Assembly: GCF_018101145.1 (NCBI RefSeq)
Contig: NZ_JAGQEI010000001.1
Strand: one strand, 5' to 3'
DNA length: 24,000 nt
Origin: Heyndrickxia faecalis
GTDB taxonomy: Bacteria > Bacillota > Bacilli > Bacillales > Bacillaceae_C
This document shows, piece by piece, positions 9,564 to 18,155 of the stretch. Below the pieces are notes generated by a model. It was not told the DNA's origin. It was given only the letters and a program-made list of their open reading frames with translations, and ran no database searches. Numbering within the stretch: the stretch's first letter is position 1; every line of letters begins with the position of its first letter. Position numbers and translations under genes: made by a program.

Positions 9564-9734
9564 AGCAACAACATCTCCATTTCTATGACAGTAAAATTTA
9601 TACCAATTGTTAATGATAACATAATAAGGTGAAAAAATAAATGGCGGGTGATGCCAATGGCTGTCTCTTTTTTGGCATGGGGCTGCTGCGCTTTTTTATG
9701 CTCTTTCGTGAAAAATTTCACAAAAACTTCTGCC

Positions 9735-9763
9735 GAAAAAAACCCCCGGTTAAAACCGGGGGT
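9735..9763 (-). terminator. Terminator of the metallophosphoesterase gene
   Basis: ACCCCCGG-TTAAAA-CCGGGGGT with an A tract on the left, equal to a U tract on the minus strand. Confidence 0.85.
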
Positions 9764-9767
9764 GGGT

Positions 9768-10496
9768 TCAATCATTTTTTGCCCGGGTTAAAATGTCGAT
9801 CAGCTTGTCTTTATTCGGATAATCGGAAGCTTCAAATAACCCGATCGTCTTTTGCACATCGTAGGAAACACGGACATTGGAAACCTGGTAATCGTGATCG
9901 CCAATTTCCACCATCGCATAAGAGGCTTTGGCGATCCCGTCAAACGGCAGACCGACACTGCCGAGATTGACAAACGTTTTGCCATCAAACGTGCGGATAA
10001 ACGGCAGGTGGATGTGCGCATATAAATAAATATCCGCGTCTTCCTGCATTAACTTCTCTTTCAACTTGCTGTTTTCACTATCCGGCGGCACATTTTCAAA
10101 CAAACTGTACGGGGTGGCGTGAAATCCGTGAATTTTAATGCCACCGTATTCGTATTTTACCTCTTCGGGAAGCTGGTGCAGCGACTCCACTGCATTTTGT
10201 TCCATCCGGGAAACCGTCCAGTCCCGCTCCCGGTTCATCATTTCATAAGCCTTTTCCGGCACTTCATTCATGCCGACGCCCCTGTACACCCATTCATCGG
10301 CATTCCCTTTAATCACTTCCGTATTTAAAGCCATCACCATCTCATATGCCCGTTGCGGTTCCGGGCCGCGAAAGCAAAGATCGCCGAGGACAAAAATTTT
10401 ATCGGCCCGCTTTTGTTCAATATCTTCCAGCACGGCTTCGAGCGCATGCGCATTGCCGTGAATATCGGATATAAATGCCAGTTTCAACGCGATCAC
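9768..10496 (-). CDS. Calcineurin-like metallophosphoesterase
   Basis: FISDIHGNAHALEAVL, FVLGDLCFRGPEP, VIKGNADE, IHGFHATP, YAHIHLPF, NLGSVG: complete metallophosphoesterase motif set. Confidence 0.88.
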   Translation of the reverse strand: MIALKLAFISDIHGNAHALEAVLEDIEQKRADKIFVLGDLCFRGPEPQRAYEMVMALNTEVIKGNADEWVYRGVGMNEVPEKAYEMMNRERDWTVSRMEQNAVESLHQLPEEVKYEYGGIKIHGFHATPYSLFENVPPDSENSKLKEKLMQEDADIYLYAHIHLPFIRTFDGKTFVNLGSVGLPFDGIAKASYAMVEIGDHDYQVSNVRVSYDVQKTIGLFEASDYPNKDKLIDILTRAKND

Positions 10497-10689
10497 CTCA
10501 AAAATTTGTTTCCTTTATTATACCATAATGGGTTGCGGGTTTATCCCGACCTGCCTGGTTTCACCACTGGGATCCGTTTTCAGCGTCCTCATTAGGCGGA
10601 CGGAGCGGAAGAAAATGCATTTTGCTGCGAAGTGGTCTATAATGGTACAAGGATCAGACATGCTTTAAGAAAGGTCAGGTTGATGCAAT

Positions 10690-11739
10690 ATGGCACAATC
10701 AGAAAAAATAAAATTGACTTCACTGACAACAAAAGGCGGATGCGGATGCAAAATCGGTCCGGCGGATTTGCAGCAGGTGATGCGGACGCTGCCACCGAAG
10801 GCAGCGGATCCGAATTTGCTTGTCGGGCTCGATACGAACGATGATGCCGGCGTTTACAAGCTGACGGATGATTTGGCAATCGTGCAGACAGTCGACTTTT
10901 TTACACCGATTGTCAATGACCCTTATGCATTCGGCCAGGTGGCGGCGGCAAACGCAATTAGTGATATTTATGCCATGGGCGGTACGCCGCTAACTGCGCT
11001 GAATATTGTTGCTTTTCCGATCCATACCCTCGACAAAGCCATTCTTGCCGATATTTTAAAAGGCGCCGGTGATAAGTGCAAAGAAGCCGGGGTCACTTTA
11101 GCCGGTGGGCATTCGATTGATGACCAGGAACCTAAATTCGGGATGGCGGTGACTGGCACGATCCACCCGGCAAATATCCGCACGAATGCAGGGGCCAAAC
11201 CGGGGGACAAGCTGATATTGACGAAACCGATCGGGGTCGGGATTTTGACCACTTCCATTAAACGGGATTTATTAACGGAAGAAGAGATCACACGCGTGAC
11301 CAATGTCATGGCCACCTTAAATAAAAAAGCAGCTGAAATTTCCCGGGATTACACCATCCATGCTTCGACCGATGTGACCGGGTTCGGGCTTTTGGGCCAT
11401 GCATCCGAAATGGCGCAGGGGAGCAAAAATGGGCTCCGTATTTACCAAGACAAAGTGCCGGTGCTGCCGCGCGTGCGTGAACTGGCGGAAGCAGGTGCTG
11501 TTCCGGGCGGCACAAAGAATAATTTTGCCCATATTGAAAATGTCGTCGACTTCCCAGAAGGCATGGACCAAATAGATAAATGGATTTTAAGTGATGCGGT
11601 CACATCAGGCGGCCTATTGCTGTCCGTTGCCGGCGATGAAGCGGAACAGCTGCTCGAAGAACTTGTAAAATCAGGGGTGGAAGCCAGCCTGATCGGTGAA
11701 GTCGTCGCGAGTCATCCCGGCCGTATCAAAGTGCAATAG
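10690..11739 (+). CDS. selD: Selenide, water dikinase (Cys active-site form)
   Basis: GGCGCKIGP catalytic motif, DDAGVY, VDFFTPIVNDPYAFGQVAAANAISDIYAMGG, TDVTGFGLLGH. Confidence 0.96.
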   Translation: MAQSEKIKLTSLTTKGGCGCKIGPADLQQVMRTLPPKAADPNLLVGLDTNDDAGVYKLTDDLAIVQTVDFFTPIVNDPYAFGQVAAANAISDIYAMGGTPLTALNIVAFPIHTLDKAILADILKGAGDKCKEAGVTLAGGHSIDDQEPKFGMAVTGTIHPANIRTNAGAKPGDKLILTKPIGVGILTTSIKRDLLTEEEITRVTNVMATLNKKAAEISRDYTIHASTDVTGFGLLGHASEMAQGSKNGLRIYQDKVPVLPRVRELAEAGAVPGGTKNNFAHIENVVDFPEGMDQIDKWILSDAVTSGGLLLSVAGDEAEQLLEELVKSGVEASLIGEVVASHPGRIKVQ

Positions 11740-11772
11740 TCCCATCAGGAACCATAGAAAGGCGGGAAATAT

Positions 11773-12819
11773 TTGTTTCAAGACATTACCATTGAAGAAG
11801 CAAGAAAACGGATGGAGAAAAAGCAGCTCACATGGGTGGATGTCCGTTCCCCTTCCGAATACCGGAACGCAACGATTCCGGGGAGCGTGAATATTCCTTT
11901 ATTTAATGATGAAGAACGGGCGGAAGTGGGGACGATTTATGCCCAATCCGGCAACCGCGCTGCGAAAGAACGCGGACTTGAAATTTTTTCGAAAAAGTTG
12001 CCCGGTTTTATCGAGGCTTTCCGTGAAATAGAAGGGGAAAAAGCGGTATTTTGCTGGCGCGGCGGTATGCGGAGCAAAACGGCGGCAACCGTTTTGGATC
12101 TGATGGACATCCATGCCTACCGGCTCCAGGGAGGCTACCGCGCCTACCGGAAATGGGTGACAGGTCTGCTTGAAAATATGGACTTTCATCCGGTTACGTA
12201 TGTGCTGGGCGGCTATACAGGCACCGGTAAAACGTATATGCTCCGGGCGCTTGCTTCGGAAGGCTATCCGGTCCTTGACCTGGAAGGCATGGCCAATCAT
12301 CGCGGCAGCATTTTCGGGGATATCGGCCTAAGCTCCCATAACCAGAAAACGTTCGATGCTTTGTTGGCAGAGCGCATTTTACAATTGAAAAATGCGCCGT
12401 ATATTCTGATGGAAGCGGAAAGCAAAAGAATCGGAAAAGTAGTGGTGCCGGAATTTTTGATGGAAAACAAAGCGCGCGGCACGAAAATTATGATTGAATT
12501 GCCGGTGGAGGAACGGGTCCGCAATATTTTGGATGATTACCGGCCGTGGGAGAACAAAGAAGCGTGCATCCGTGCCTTTCAAAGCATCAAAGAACGGATT
12601 CACACGCCGGTTGCAAAAGAAATCGAGAAAGATTTACAGACTGAACGATATCATGAGGCCGTAAAATGGCTGCTCGAATATTATTATGATCCAAGATATG
12701 ACCATTCGCTCGGAATAGAGGAGACAGAAAGGGTGAAAACGATCCGGGCCGGACATACCGACGAAGCGCTCGGCCAATTAAAAGAAATGTTAAAAACAGC
12801 CGGCCTTCCGTTGCACTAA
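11773..12819 (+). CDS. mnmH: tRNA 2-selenouridine synthase (rhodanese plus P-loop domains)
   Basis: DVRSPSEY, FCWRGGMRSKTAATVLDLM (rhodanese-like catalytic Cys) and P-loop GGYTGTGKTYML. TTG start at 11773. Located immediately downstream of selD. Confidence 0.93.
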   Translation: MFQDITIEEARKRMEKKQLTWVDVRSPSEYRNATIPGSVNIPLFNDEERAEVGTIYAQSGNRAAKERGLEIFSKKLPGFIEAFREIEGEKAVFCWRGGMRSKTAATVLDLMDIHAYRLQGGYRAYRKWVTGLLENMDFHPVTYVLGGYTGTGKTYMLRALASEGYPVLDLEGMANHRGSIFGDIGLSSHNQKTFDALLAERILQLKNAPYILMEAESKRIGKVVVPEFLMENKARGTKIMIELPVEERVRNILDDYRPWENKEACIRAFQSIKERIHTPVAKEIEKDLQTERYHEAVKWLLEYYYDPRYDHSLGIEETERVKTIRAGHTDEALGQLKEMLKTAGLPLH

Positions 12820-12843
12820 AGCAATGGCAGGCCGGCTGTTTAC
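12795..12843 (+). terminator. Probable terminator overlapping the 3' end of mnmH
   Basis: AACAGCCGGCC ... GGCCGGCTGTT, 11-bp perfect stem with an additional inner TTGC/GCAA pairing. The trailing T run is short. Confidence 0.6.
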
Positions 12844-12903
12844 ATGTATCACTGCGGATTTATTTGGTACGCCTTATGGATTTGGCTCGCGGGTATGCCC
12901 CGG

Positions 12904-13317
12904 TCAGCAATGACAATCCCTGCCTGTCATGCCCGGGTAATAACCGTGCATCATTCCCGGGGCCATGCCCATCCCAGCGCCCGCATATCCTGGATAACCC
13001 GGCATTTGTCCATGGCCGTAACCGGCGCCTGTGTACCCCGGGCCCATCGGCAATCCCATATGCTGACCGTACCCCGGCATGCCGTACATGCCCGGATACA
13101 TCGAAGTTGCGGGATGCTGTCCCGGGTACATTTGCCCTGCCATCGGATATTGCCCTGCCAAACCGTCTGATGCTCCCATCTGGCCCATTTGCCCCATCGG
13201 ACCGTAATGCTGCATCATATCCATATCATCATCATAATAAGGCTGGCTTCCCCCGGCATAGCTGCCGAAATGCCCTAACCCCTGAGATTGCGGATAATTT
13301 CCATATGTTTGTTCCAT
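12904..13317 (-). CDS. Low-complexity Met/Gly/Tyr/Pro/Gln-rich small protein, possible spore outer-layer protein
   Basis: MEQTYGNYPQSQGLGHFG...YPGMYGMPGYGQHMGLPMGPGYTGAGYGHGQMPGYPGYAGAGMGMAPGMMHGYYPGMTGRDCHC. A strong RBS (AAAAGGAGTGGG) precedes ATG at 13317. The track start at 13392 is upstream of this RBS. Confidence 0.7.
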   Translation of the reverse strand: MEQTYGNYPQSQGLGHFGSYAGGSQPYYDDDMDMMQHYGPMGQMGQMGASDGLAGQYPMAGQMYPGQHPATSMYPGMYGMPGYGQHMGLPMGPGYTGAGYGHGQMPGYPGYAGAGMGMAPGMMHGYYPGMTGRDCHC

Positions 13318-13347
13318 CTCAACCCACTCCTTTTCGGTGTTCAACAT

Positions 13348-13356
13348 TAGAGTATG
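13348..13356 (-). promoter_or_regulatory. SigK/SigE-like -10 element upstream of the low-complexity gene
   Basis: Minus strand CATACTCTA fits CATANNNTA (SigK) and is one mismatch from SigE-type CATACANT. ATAACC (rc of 13372-13377) lies upstream at 15-nt spacing. Confidence 0.4.
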
Positions 13357-13419
13357 TGGATCAGGGCGCATGGTTATAGACATTTGCCCCAAAAAGTGAA
13401 AAAAATGCGGGCAGAAGCC

Positions 13420-13760
13420 TTATATAAAGATTTTACCGGGGTTTAAAATATGGTTTGGGTCAAACAGGTCCTTGATTTTCTTCATTGTGCCATAAGCGGG
13501 TCCGTGTTCTTCACGCTGATATTTTGCCTTTCCAATCCCGACGCCGTGTTCGCCTGTGCAAGTACCGCCCTTTGAAAGCACAAATGACACAATATGTTCA
13601 TTTAACGCCCGGGCCTGCCGGATTTCATCTTTCCCATATCGATCATTAAAATGACATGATAATTGCCGTCGCCGACATGGCCGACAATCGCTCCGTCCAT
13701 GCCCATTCTGTCAAGCGTTTTGCGCGTATCTTCAATGGCTTCGGGGAGGAAATGAATATT
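13420..13760 (-). pseudogene. C-terminal remnant of an FAD-linked oxidase (GlcD / D-lactate dehydrogenase-like), frameshifted
   Basis: Translated by eye: IHFLPEAIEDTRKTLDRMGMDGAIVGHVGDGNYHVILMID, then in another frame YGKDEIRQARALNEHIVSFVLSKGGTCTGEHGVGIGKAKYQREEHGPAYGTMKKIKDLFDPNHILNPGKIFI*. The N-terminal part of the enzyme is absent. Confidence 0.85.
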
Positions 13761-13965
13761 TCTACTTTTTTATAATATACGAAAAATAAAGTGTTGGCAA
13801 AACCATTGGTCAAAAAGGGGGCAAAACTTTCGGCAGCGGAAAAAAGGCAGGTGCTTGGAAGAAATGCACAAATATTTACAAAAGTAAGCGTTTACTTTAA
13901 ACTGTATACTGTGTATATTTTTAAAATAGTCGGAAAAATATGGAAAAATAAGAGGAGGAGCGGTT

Positions 13966-14726
13966 TTGAAAAGGTTTGAAAACAGGGTTGCGATTGTTAC
14001 GGGTGCAAGCAGAGGGATCGGCAAAGCGGTTGCAGCCGCCTTTGCCAAAGAAGGGGCAAAAGTCTGTCTCGTTGACATTCATGAAAAGGCATTAGAAGAA
14101 ACTGTAAAGGCTTTCAAAGAAACCGGTTACGATGTATTCGGGCAGCCGGCGGATGTGGCAAACCGCACGCAGGTGGAAGCGGCGGTTTCAGCTGTGCTTG
14201 GCAGGTATGGAAAGATTGATATTCTTGTCAACAATGCTGGCGTGATCCGCGATAATCTGCTGTTTAAAATGACGGACGAAGACTGGGATACCGTCATGAA
14301 TGTCCATTTGAAAGGAGCGTTCCTCTTTTCAAGGGCCGTCCAGCAAAGCATGGTCGAAAACAAATACGGAAGAATCATTAATACCTCTTCCACATCCGCG
14401 CTCGGCAACCGCGGCCAGGCAAACTATGCGGCGGCAAAAGCGGGCCTTCAGGGCTTTACAAAAACGCTGGCCATTGAACTCGGAAAGTTTGGCATTACCG
14501 CCAATGCGGTTGCGCCCGGCTTTATTGAAACCGACATGACAAAAGCGACGGCTGAGCGGCTCGGCGTTAAATTCGACGACTTTATAGCATTTAACCAATC
14601 GATGATTCCTGCCGGCCGGACAGGAAAGCCGGAAGATATTGCAAACGCGGTCCTTTTTTTGCGATGGAAGAATCATCATTCGTAAACGGCCAGGTGCTCT
14701 ATGTTGCCGGCGGGCCGAAAGCATAA
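13966..14726 (+). pseudogene. FabG-like SDR (3-oxoacyl-ACP reductase family) with a C-terminal frameshift
   Basis: VAIVTGASRGIGKAVAAAFA, NNAGV, YAAAKAGLQGFTKTLAIELGKFGITANAVAPGFIETDM. Frame 1 stops at 14685 (...VLFLRWKNHHS*). The +1-base frame after T7 (14654-14660) continues as AMEESSFVNGQVLYVAGGPKA*, the usual SDR C-terminus, ending at 14726. It may still encode a truncated or alternate protein. Confidence 0.7.
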
Positions 14727-14741
14727 AGGAGGGGCGGGCGG

Positions 14742-15191
14742 ATGTTTGAAGAACTGATTGGAAAACGGTCAAACCCGGTCCGGAATACGATCGAAAGGGG
14801 TGCTGTCAGAAAGTTCGCCGAAGCCATCGGTGATCCGCACCCTGTTTTTACAGATCCTGCTTTTGCGGCTGAAAAAGGGCTTAAAGCCAATATCGCCCCG
14901 CCGACATTCCCGGTCACGTTTGACTACGGAAAAATAGAAGGCCTGGACCTTCCGAAAGCTGGGCTCATACACGGGGAACAAAATTTCGAATATCAACGGC
15001 CGCTCTATGTCGGAGAAGCATTGCACTGCTATAGGGAAATTGAAAAATACCAGGAAAGAAAAGGAAAGCTCGGACAGATGGGTTTCTTGTTTATAAAAAG
15101 CACGGCGGAAGATAAGAATGGTGAAATCGTCATGACCGCAACCCAAACGATTATTCTTTCTGAAACGGTCCGGAAGGGGATGAAAGGATGA
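14742..15191 (+). CDS. MaoC-like hydratase, N-terminal dehydratase-type domain
   Basis: GAVRKFAEAIGDPHPVFTDPAFA...APPTFPVTF...LIHGEQNFEYQRPLYVGEALHC: pattern of FAS1-like/hydroxyacyl-dehydratase hot-dog proteins. Confidence 0.8.
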   Translation: MFEELIGKRSNPVRNTIERGAVRKFAEAIGDPHPVFTDPAFAAEKGLKANIAPPTFPVTFDYGKIEGLDLPKAGLIHGEQNFEYQRPLYVGEALHCYREIEKYQERKGKLGQMGFLFIKSTAEDKNGEIVMTATQTIILSETVRKGMKG

Positions 15192-15592
15192 ACCTTCGCG
15201 CGAAAAAACCCGGGGACAGCCTGGAAAGCATGGAACTCCCGCCGGTTTCAAGGTTGGACTTAATCAAGTACGCTGGTGCTTCCGGCGACTTTAATCCGAT
15301 TCATACGATCGATGAAGCAGCAGAAAAAGCCGGTCTGCCCGGCATTATTGCCCATGGGATGTGGACAATGGGAAATCTTGGAAAGCTGTTCACACCGTAT
15401 GTTGGCGAAGGGTTCATCGAAAAATTCAGCGTGCGTTTTGCGGGCATGGTTTTTCCAGGCGACCGCTTGACACTGTCGGCAACGCTGAAAGAAGCGCAAG
15501 GCGCCCGGCAAACGTATGAAGCAGTGGTGGCCAATCAAGACGGGGGAAAAGTGATCAAAGGCGAAATCGTGTTCAAAATGTACGGAGAGTAA
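15188..15592 (+). CDS. MaoC-like dehydratase
   Basis: RLDLIKYAGASGDFNPIHTIDEAAEKAGLPGIIAHGMWTMG contains the hydratase-2 type D-N-H region. ATGA overlap with the preceding gene. Confidence 0.85.
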   Translation: MNLRAKKPGDSLESMELPPVSRLDLIKYAGASGDFNPIHTIDEAAEKAGLPGIIAHGMWTMGNLGKLFTPYVGEGFIEKFSVRFAGMVFPGDRLTLSATLKEAQGARQTYEAVVANQDGGKVIKGEIVFKMYGE

Positions 15593-15622
15593 AAAAATCC
15601 CGCCAGGTGCGGCGGGATTTTT
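15592..15622. terminator. Bidirectional terminator between the MaoC gene and gnd
   Basis: AAAAATCCCGCC-AGGTGC-GGCGGGATTTTT between convergent genes. Confidence 0.9.
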
Positions 15623-15627
15623 CTGAA

Positions 15628-17040
15628 TTATAACTCAAGCCATTCCGTATGGAAGATGCCTTCTTTGTCAACGCGCTGGTACGTATGGGCACCGAAATAG
15701 TCACGCTGGGCCTGTAAGAGATTGGCAGGCAGCACTTCCGAACGGTACGAATCGTAATAGGCAAGCGCTGCGGACAAAGCCGGCACAGGTACGCCGAAGC
15801 GGACAGCTGTCGCGATGACTTCGCGCAACGCATCCTGGTAGCTTTCCACGATTTCCTTGAAATACGGGTCAAGGAGCAGGTTTTTAAGATTGCGATCGCG
15901 GTCGTACGCATCTTTGATTTTTTGCAAAAATTGCGCGCGGATGATGCAGCCCCCGCGGAAAATCATCGCAATTTCACCGTAATTCAAATCCCAGTTATAT
16001 TCTTCCGAAGCGGCCCGCATTTGCGCAAAGCCCTGGGCGTAAGAACAAATCTTGCTCATGTACAATGCTTTTCTGACCGCTTCAATGAACGCTTTTTTGT
16101 CTCCTGAAAAAGCGGGTTTTTCAGGCCCTTTTAGCAATTTGCTTGCCGCTTTCCGTTCTTCTTTCATGGCCGAGATAAAGCGGGCGAATACGGACTCCGT
16201 AATCAATGGCAGCGGAACCCCTAGATCAAGCGCACTCTGGCTTGTCCATTTGCCTGTCCCTTTTTGGCCGGCCGTGTCTAAAATGACATCGACAAGTGGT
16301 TTGCCGGTTTCTGGGTCTTTTTTTGTAAAAATATCAGCGGTAATTTCGATTAAATAACTGTCGAGCTCGCCTTTGTTCCAGTCGGCAAACACTTCGTGCA
16401 GCTCGTCCGCAGTGAGGCCGAGGATATTTTTGAGCAGATTGTAGGACTCTGAGATGAGCTCCATATCGCCGTATTCGATGCCGTTATGAACCATTTTCAC
16501 ATAATGGCCGGCACCATCCGGACCGATATAGGTTGTGCACGGTTCACCATTTACTTTAGCAGCAATGTCTTTTAAAATCGGTGCAACAAGGTCGTATGCT
16601 TCTTTTTGCCCGCCAGGCATGATCGAAGGGCCTTTCAGCGCGCCTTCTTCGCCGCCTGAGACACCGGTGCCGATAAAATGGATGCCGAGTGCACTTAATT
16701 CCTTGTTGCGGCGCTGTGTATCTTTAAAGAATGTGTTGCCGCCGTCAATCAAGATATCGCCTTTGTCGAGAAACGGTTTTAACTGCTCGATCGTGGCGTC
16801 TGTTGCTTCGCCCGCTTTGACCATCAGCAGGATTTTTCGTGGTTTTTCAAGCGAATGGACGAATTCTTCCATTGTAAAATAACCGAAAATATTTTTTCCT
16901 TCCGATTCTTTTAACATTTGCTCGGTTTTTGAACGGGAACGGTTGAAGACCGCAACGGTGTAACCTTTGCTTTCGATATTCCACGCAAGGTTTTTCCCCA
17001 TGACGGCCAAACCGATGACGCCGATTTGCTGTTTTTCCAA
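15628..17040 (-). CDS. gnd: 6-phosphogluconate dehydrogenase, decarboxylating
   Basis: [89 protein letters not shown]-like segment, [13 protein letters not shown]. Probable TTG start at 17040 behind GAGGTG. Confidence 0.95.
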   Translation of the reverse strand: MEKQQIGVIGLAVMGKNLAWNIESKGYTVAVFNRSRSKTEQMLKESEGKNIFGYFTMEEFVHSLEKPRKILLMVKAGEATDATIEQLKPFLDKGDILIDGGNTFFKDTQRRNKELSALGIHFIGTGVSGGEEGALKGPSIMPGGQKEAYDLVAPILKDIAAKVNGEPCTTYIGPDGAGHYVKMVHNGIEYGDMELISESYNLLKNILGLTADELHEVFADWNKGELDSYLIEITADIFTKKDPETGKPLVDVILDTAGQKGTGKWTSQSALDLGVPLPLITESVFARFISAMKEERKAASKLLKGPEKPAFSGDKKAFIEAVRKALYMSKICSYAQGFAQMRAASEEYNWDLNYGEIAMIFRGGCIIRAQFLQKIKDAYDRDRNLKNLLLDPYFKEIVESYQDALREVIATAVRFGVPVPALSAALAYYDSYRSEVLPANLLQAQRDYFGAHTYQRVDKEGIFHTEWLEL

Positions 17041-17250
17041 TGTAGACACCTCAACATGATTAGATTGTAAAGTCTTTCCTTTGCGCGCAGGTGGCTGCAA
17101 GCAAAATGGAAGTCTTACATTATTGTACCAAATATCCCCTGTTATTATAAAGAAAAAGACAGCCCAGCCGGAAAATATTTATATTTTCCGGGAAAGAAGT
17201 GTCCGTGTATACGATTTCCGATGAACCGGGACCTCGGGAAAGCGCGCCTG

Positions 17251-17280
17251 TTGGGATTTTTTTAAAGCTTACAGTATAAT
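17251..17280 (+). promoter_or_regulatory. Candidate SigA promoter for the DUF1450 gene
   Basis: TTGGGA (17251-17256), 18-nt spacer, TATAAT (17275-17280). Confidence 0.6.
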
Positions 17281-17328
17281 GGATAAAGATGCCGTTTTAC
17301 GGCTTTTAAGCAAAAGGAGGAAACGGGA

Positions 17329-17574
17329 TTGGGCATTATTTTAGTCGAAATATGTGAAGGCAGCCTGATCAACACAATTGATGTGGAAGCAGAACTTGAA
17401 TCCCGGTATCCTGAAGTTGCGGTGATTTCAAATGAATGCTTAATGGCGTGCGGCTTATGCACCTACAGCCCATTTGCGATGGTGAACGGAAAAAGGATTT
17501 TTGCCAAAACGCCTGAGGCTTGCCTTGAAAAAATTAAAGCAGCAATTGAAACGGAATTAAAGAATCTGTCGTAA
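17329..17574 (+). CDS. DUF1450-family (YuzB-like) protein
   Basis: GIILVEICEGSLINTID...ISNECLMACGLCTYSPFAMVNGKRIFAKTPEACLEKI. TTG start with an AAAGGAGG RBS. Confidence 0.8.
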   Translation: MGIILVEICEGSLINTIDVEAELESRYPEVAVISNECLMACGLCTYSPFAMVNGKRIFAKTPEACLEKIKAAIETELKNLS

Positions 17575-17645
17575 ATGGTTCTCGTTTCAAATTGTTTTTT
17601 ATATTATAATGTGGAGTGGAGCATTCGGGATAGGGGGATAGCAGG

Positions 17646-18155
17646 ATGGATATTTGGACTGCGTTCAAATACAGCTGTTTATTGCCGGGAAAAAGAGCTG
17701 CTTTTCGTTTGAACAGGCTTCCGATGGACAGGACGGTTTTGTATGTGGTTCTGCTTGTTCTTATGGTTTCCTGTCTGCATATCCCTGCGATTTTAACCGG
17801 CGGATCCCTTGATGCCCTGAATGCCATCCAATTTGTTTTTTACTTTCTGTTCGCTTATGTGCTCGTTGTCCTGTGCGGCGTATTGGCGGGCATTTCTTTG
17901 CTCGCTTTTGCCGGATACGGGCTCAGGAAGCTGTGGAAGAGAAAACTGGCCTACCAGCATTTATGGAAAATGTCATGCTTTGTCATAACGGTCCCGTTCA
18001 TTTTACATACAATCATTCATGAATGGTTTACGAAAAACGGTTTTGTTTCGGGTGTGGTGCTGATCGGGTATCCGCTTTTTTGTTTGGCGGCGATGATCCT
18101 CCACTATCCGGAAATAAAGAGGCATCAAAGCAAAGAAGGAGAAGAACATGGCTGA
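17646..18155 (+). CDS. Small multi-pass membrane protein (possibly DUF1189-like)
   Basis: Four or so hydrophobic segments ([81 protein letters not shown]). N-terminal [15 protein letters not shown] resembles DUF1189 starts. Family assignment is tentative. Confidence 0.6.
   Translation: MDIWTAFKYSCLLPGKRAAFRLNRLPMDRTVLYVVLLVLMVSCLHIPAILTGGSLDALNAIQFVFYFLFAYVLVVLCGVLAGISLLAFAGYGLRKLWKRKLAYQHLWKMSCFVITVPFILHTIIHEWFTKNGFVSGVVLIGYPLFCLAAMILHYPEIKRHQSKEGEEHG

Noticed and set aside
9641-9970. 109-aa plus-strand ORF between the permease and metallophosphoesterase genes
   Set aside because: It reads across the minus-strand terminator hairpin and into the opposite strand of the metallophosphoesterase gene. 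The product is low-quality and basic.
10690-11739. Possible selenocysteine codon in selD
   Set aside because: The catalytic motif reads GGCGCKIGP with Cys codons. No in-frame TGA is needed or seen.
12904-13317. DNA-level tandem repeat array or CRISPR-like element in the Gly/Met-rich region
   Set aside because: Repetition is protein-level degenerate codon use. There are no fixed-length direct repeats or unique spacers.
12864-13379. 171-aa plus-strand Pro/His/Ser/Arg-rich ORF
   Set aside because: Antisense reading of the low-complexity Met/Gly/Pro-rich gene. The minus-strand frame has the RBS and coherent composition.
13791-13979. 62-aa ORF (MLAKPLVKKGAKLSAAEKRQVLGRNAQIF...) upstream of the SDR gene
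   Set aside because: The LSAAEKRQVLGRNAQIF stretch weakly resembles an amidohydrolase C-terminus, so it may be another gene scrap, but the rest is AT-rich noise and I cannot support a call.
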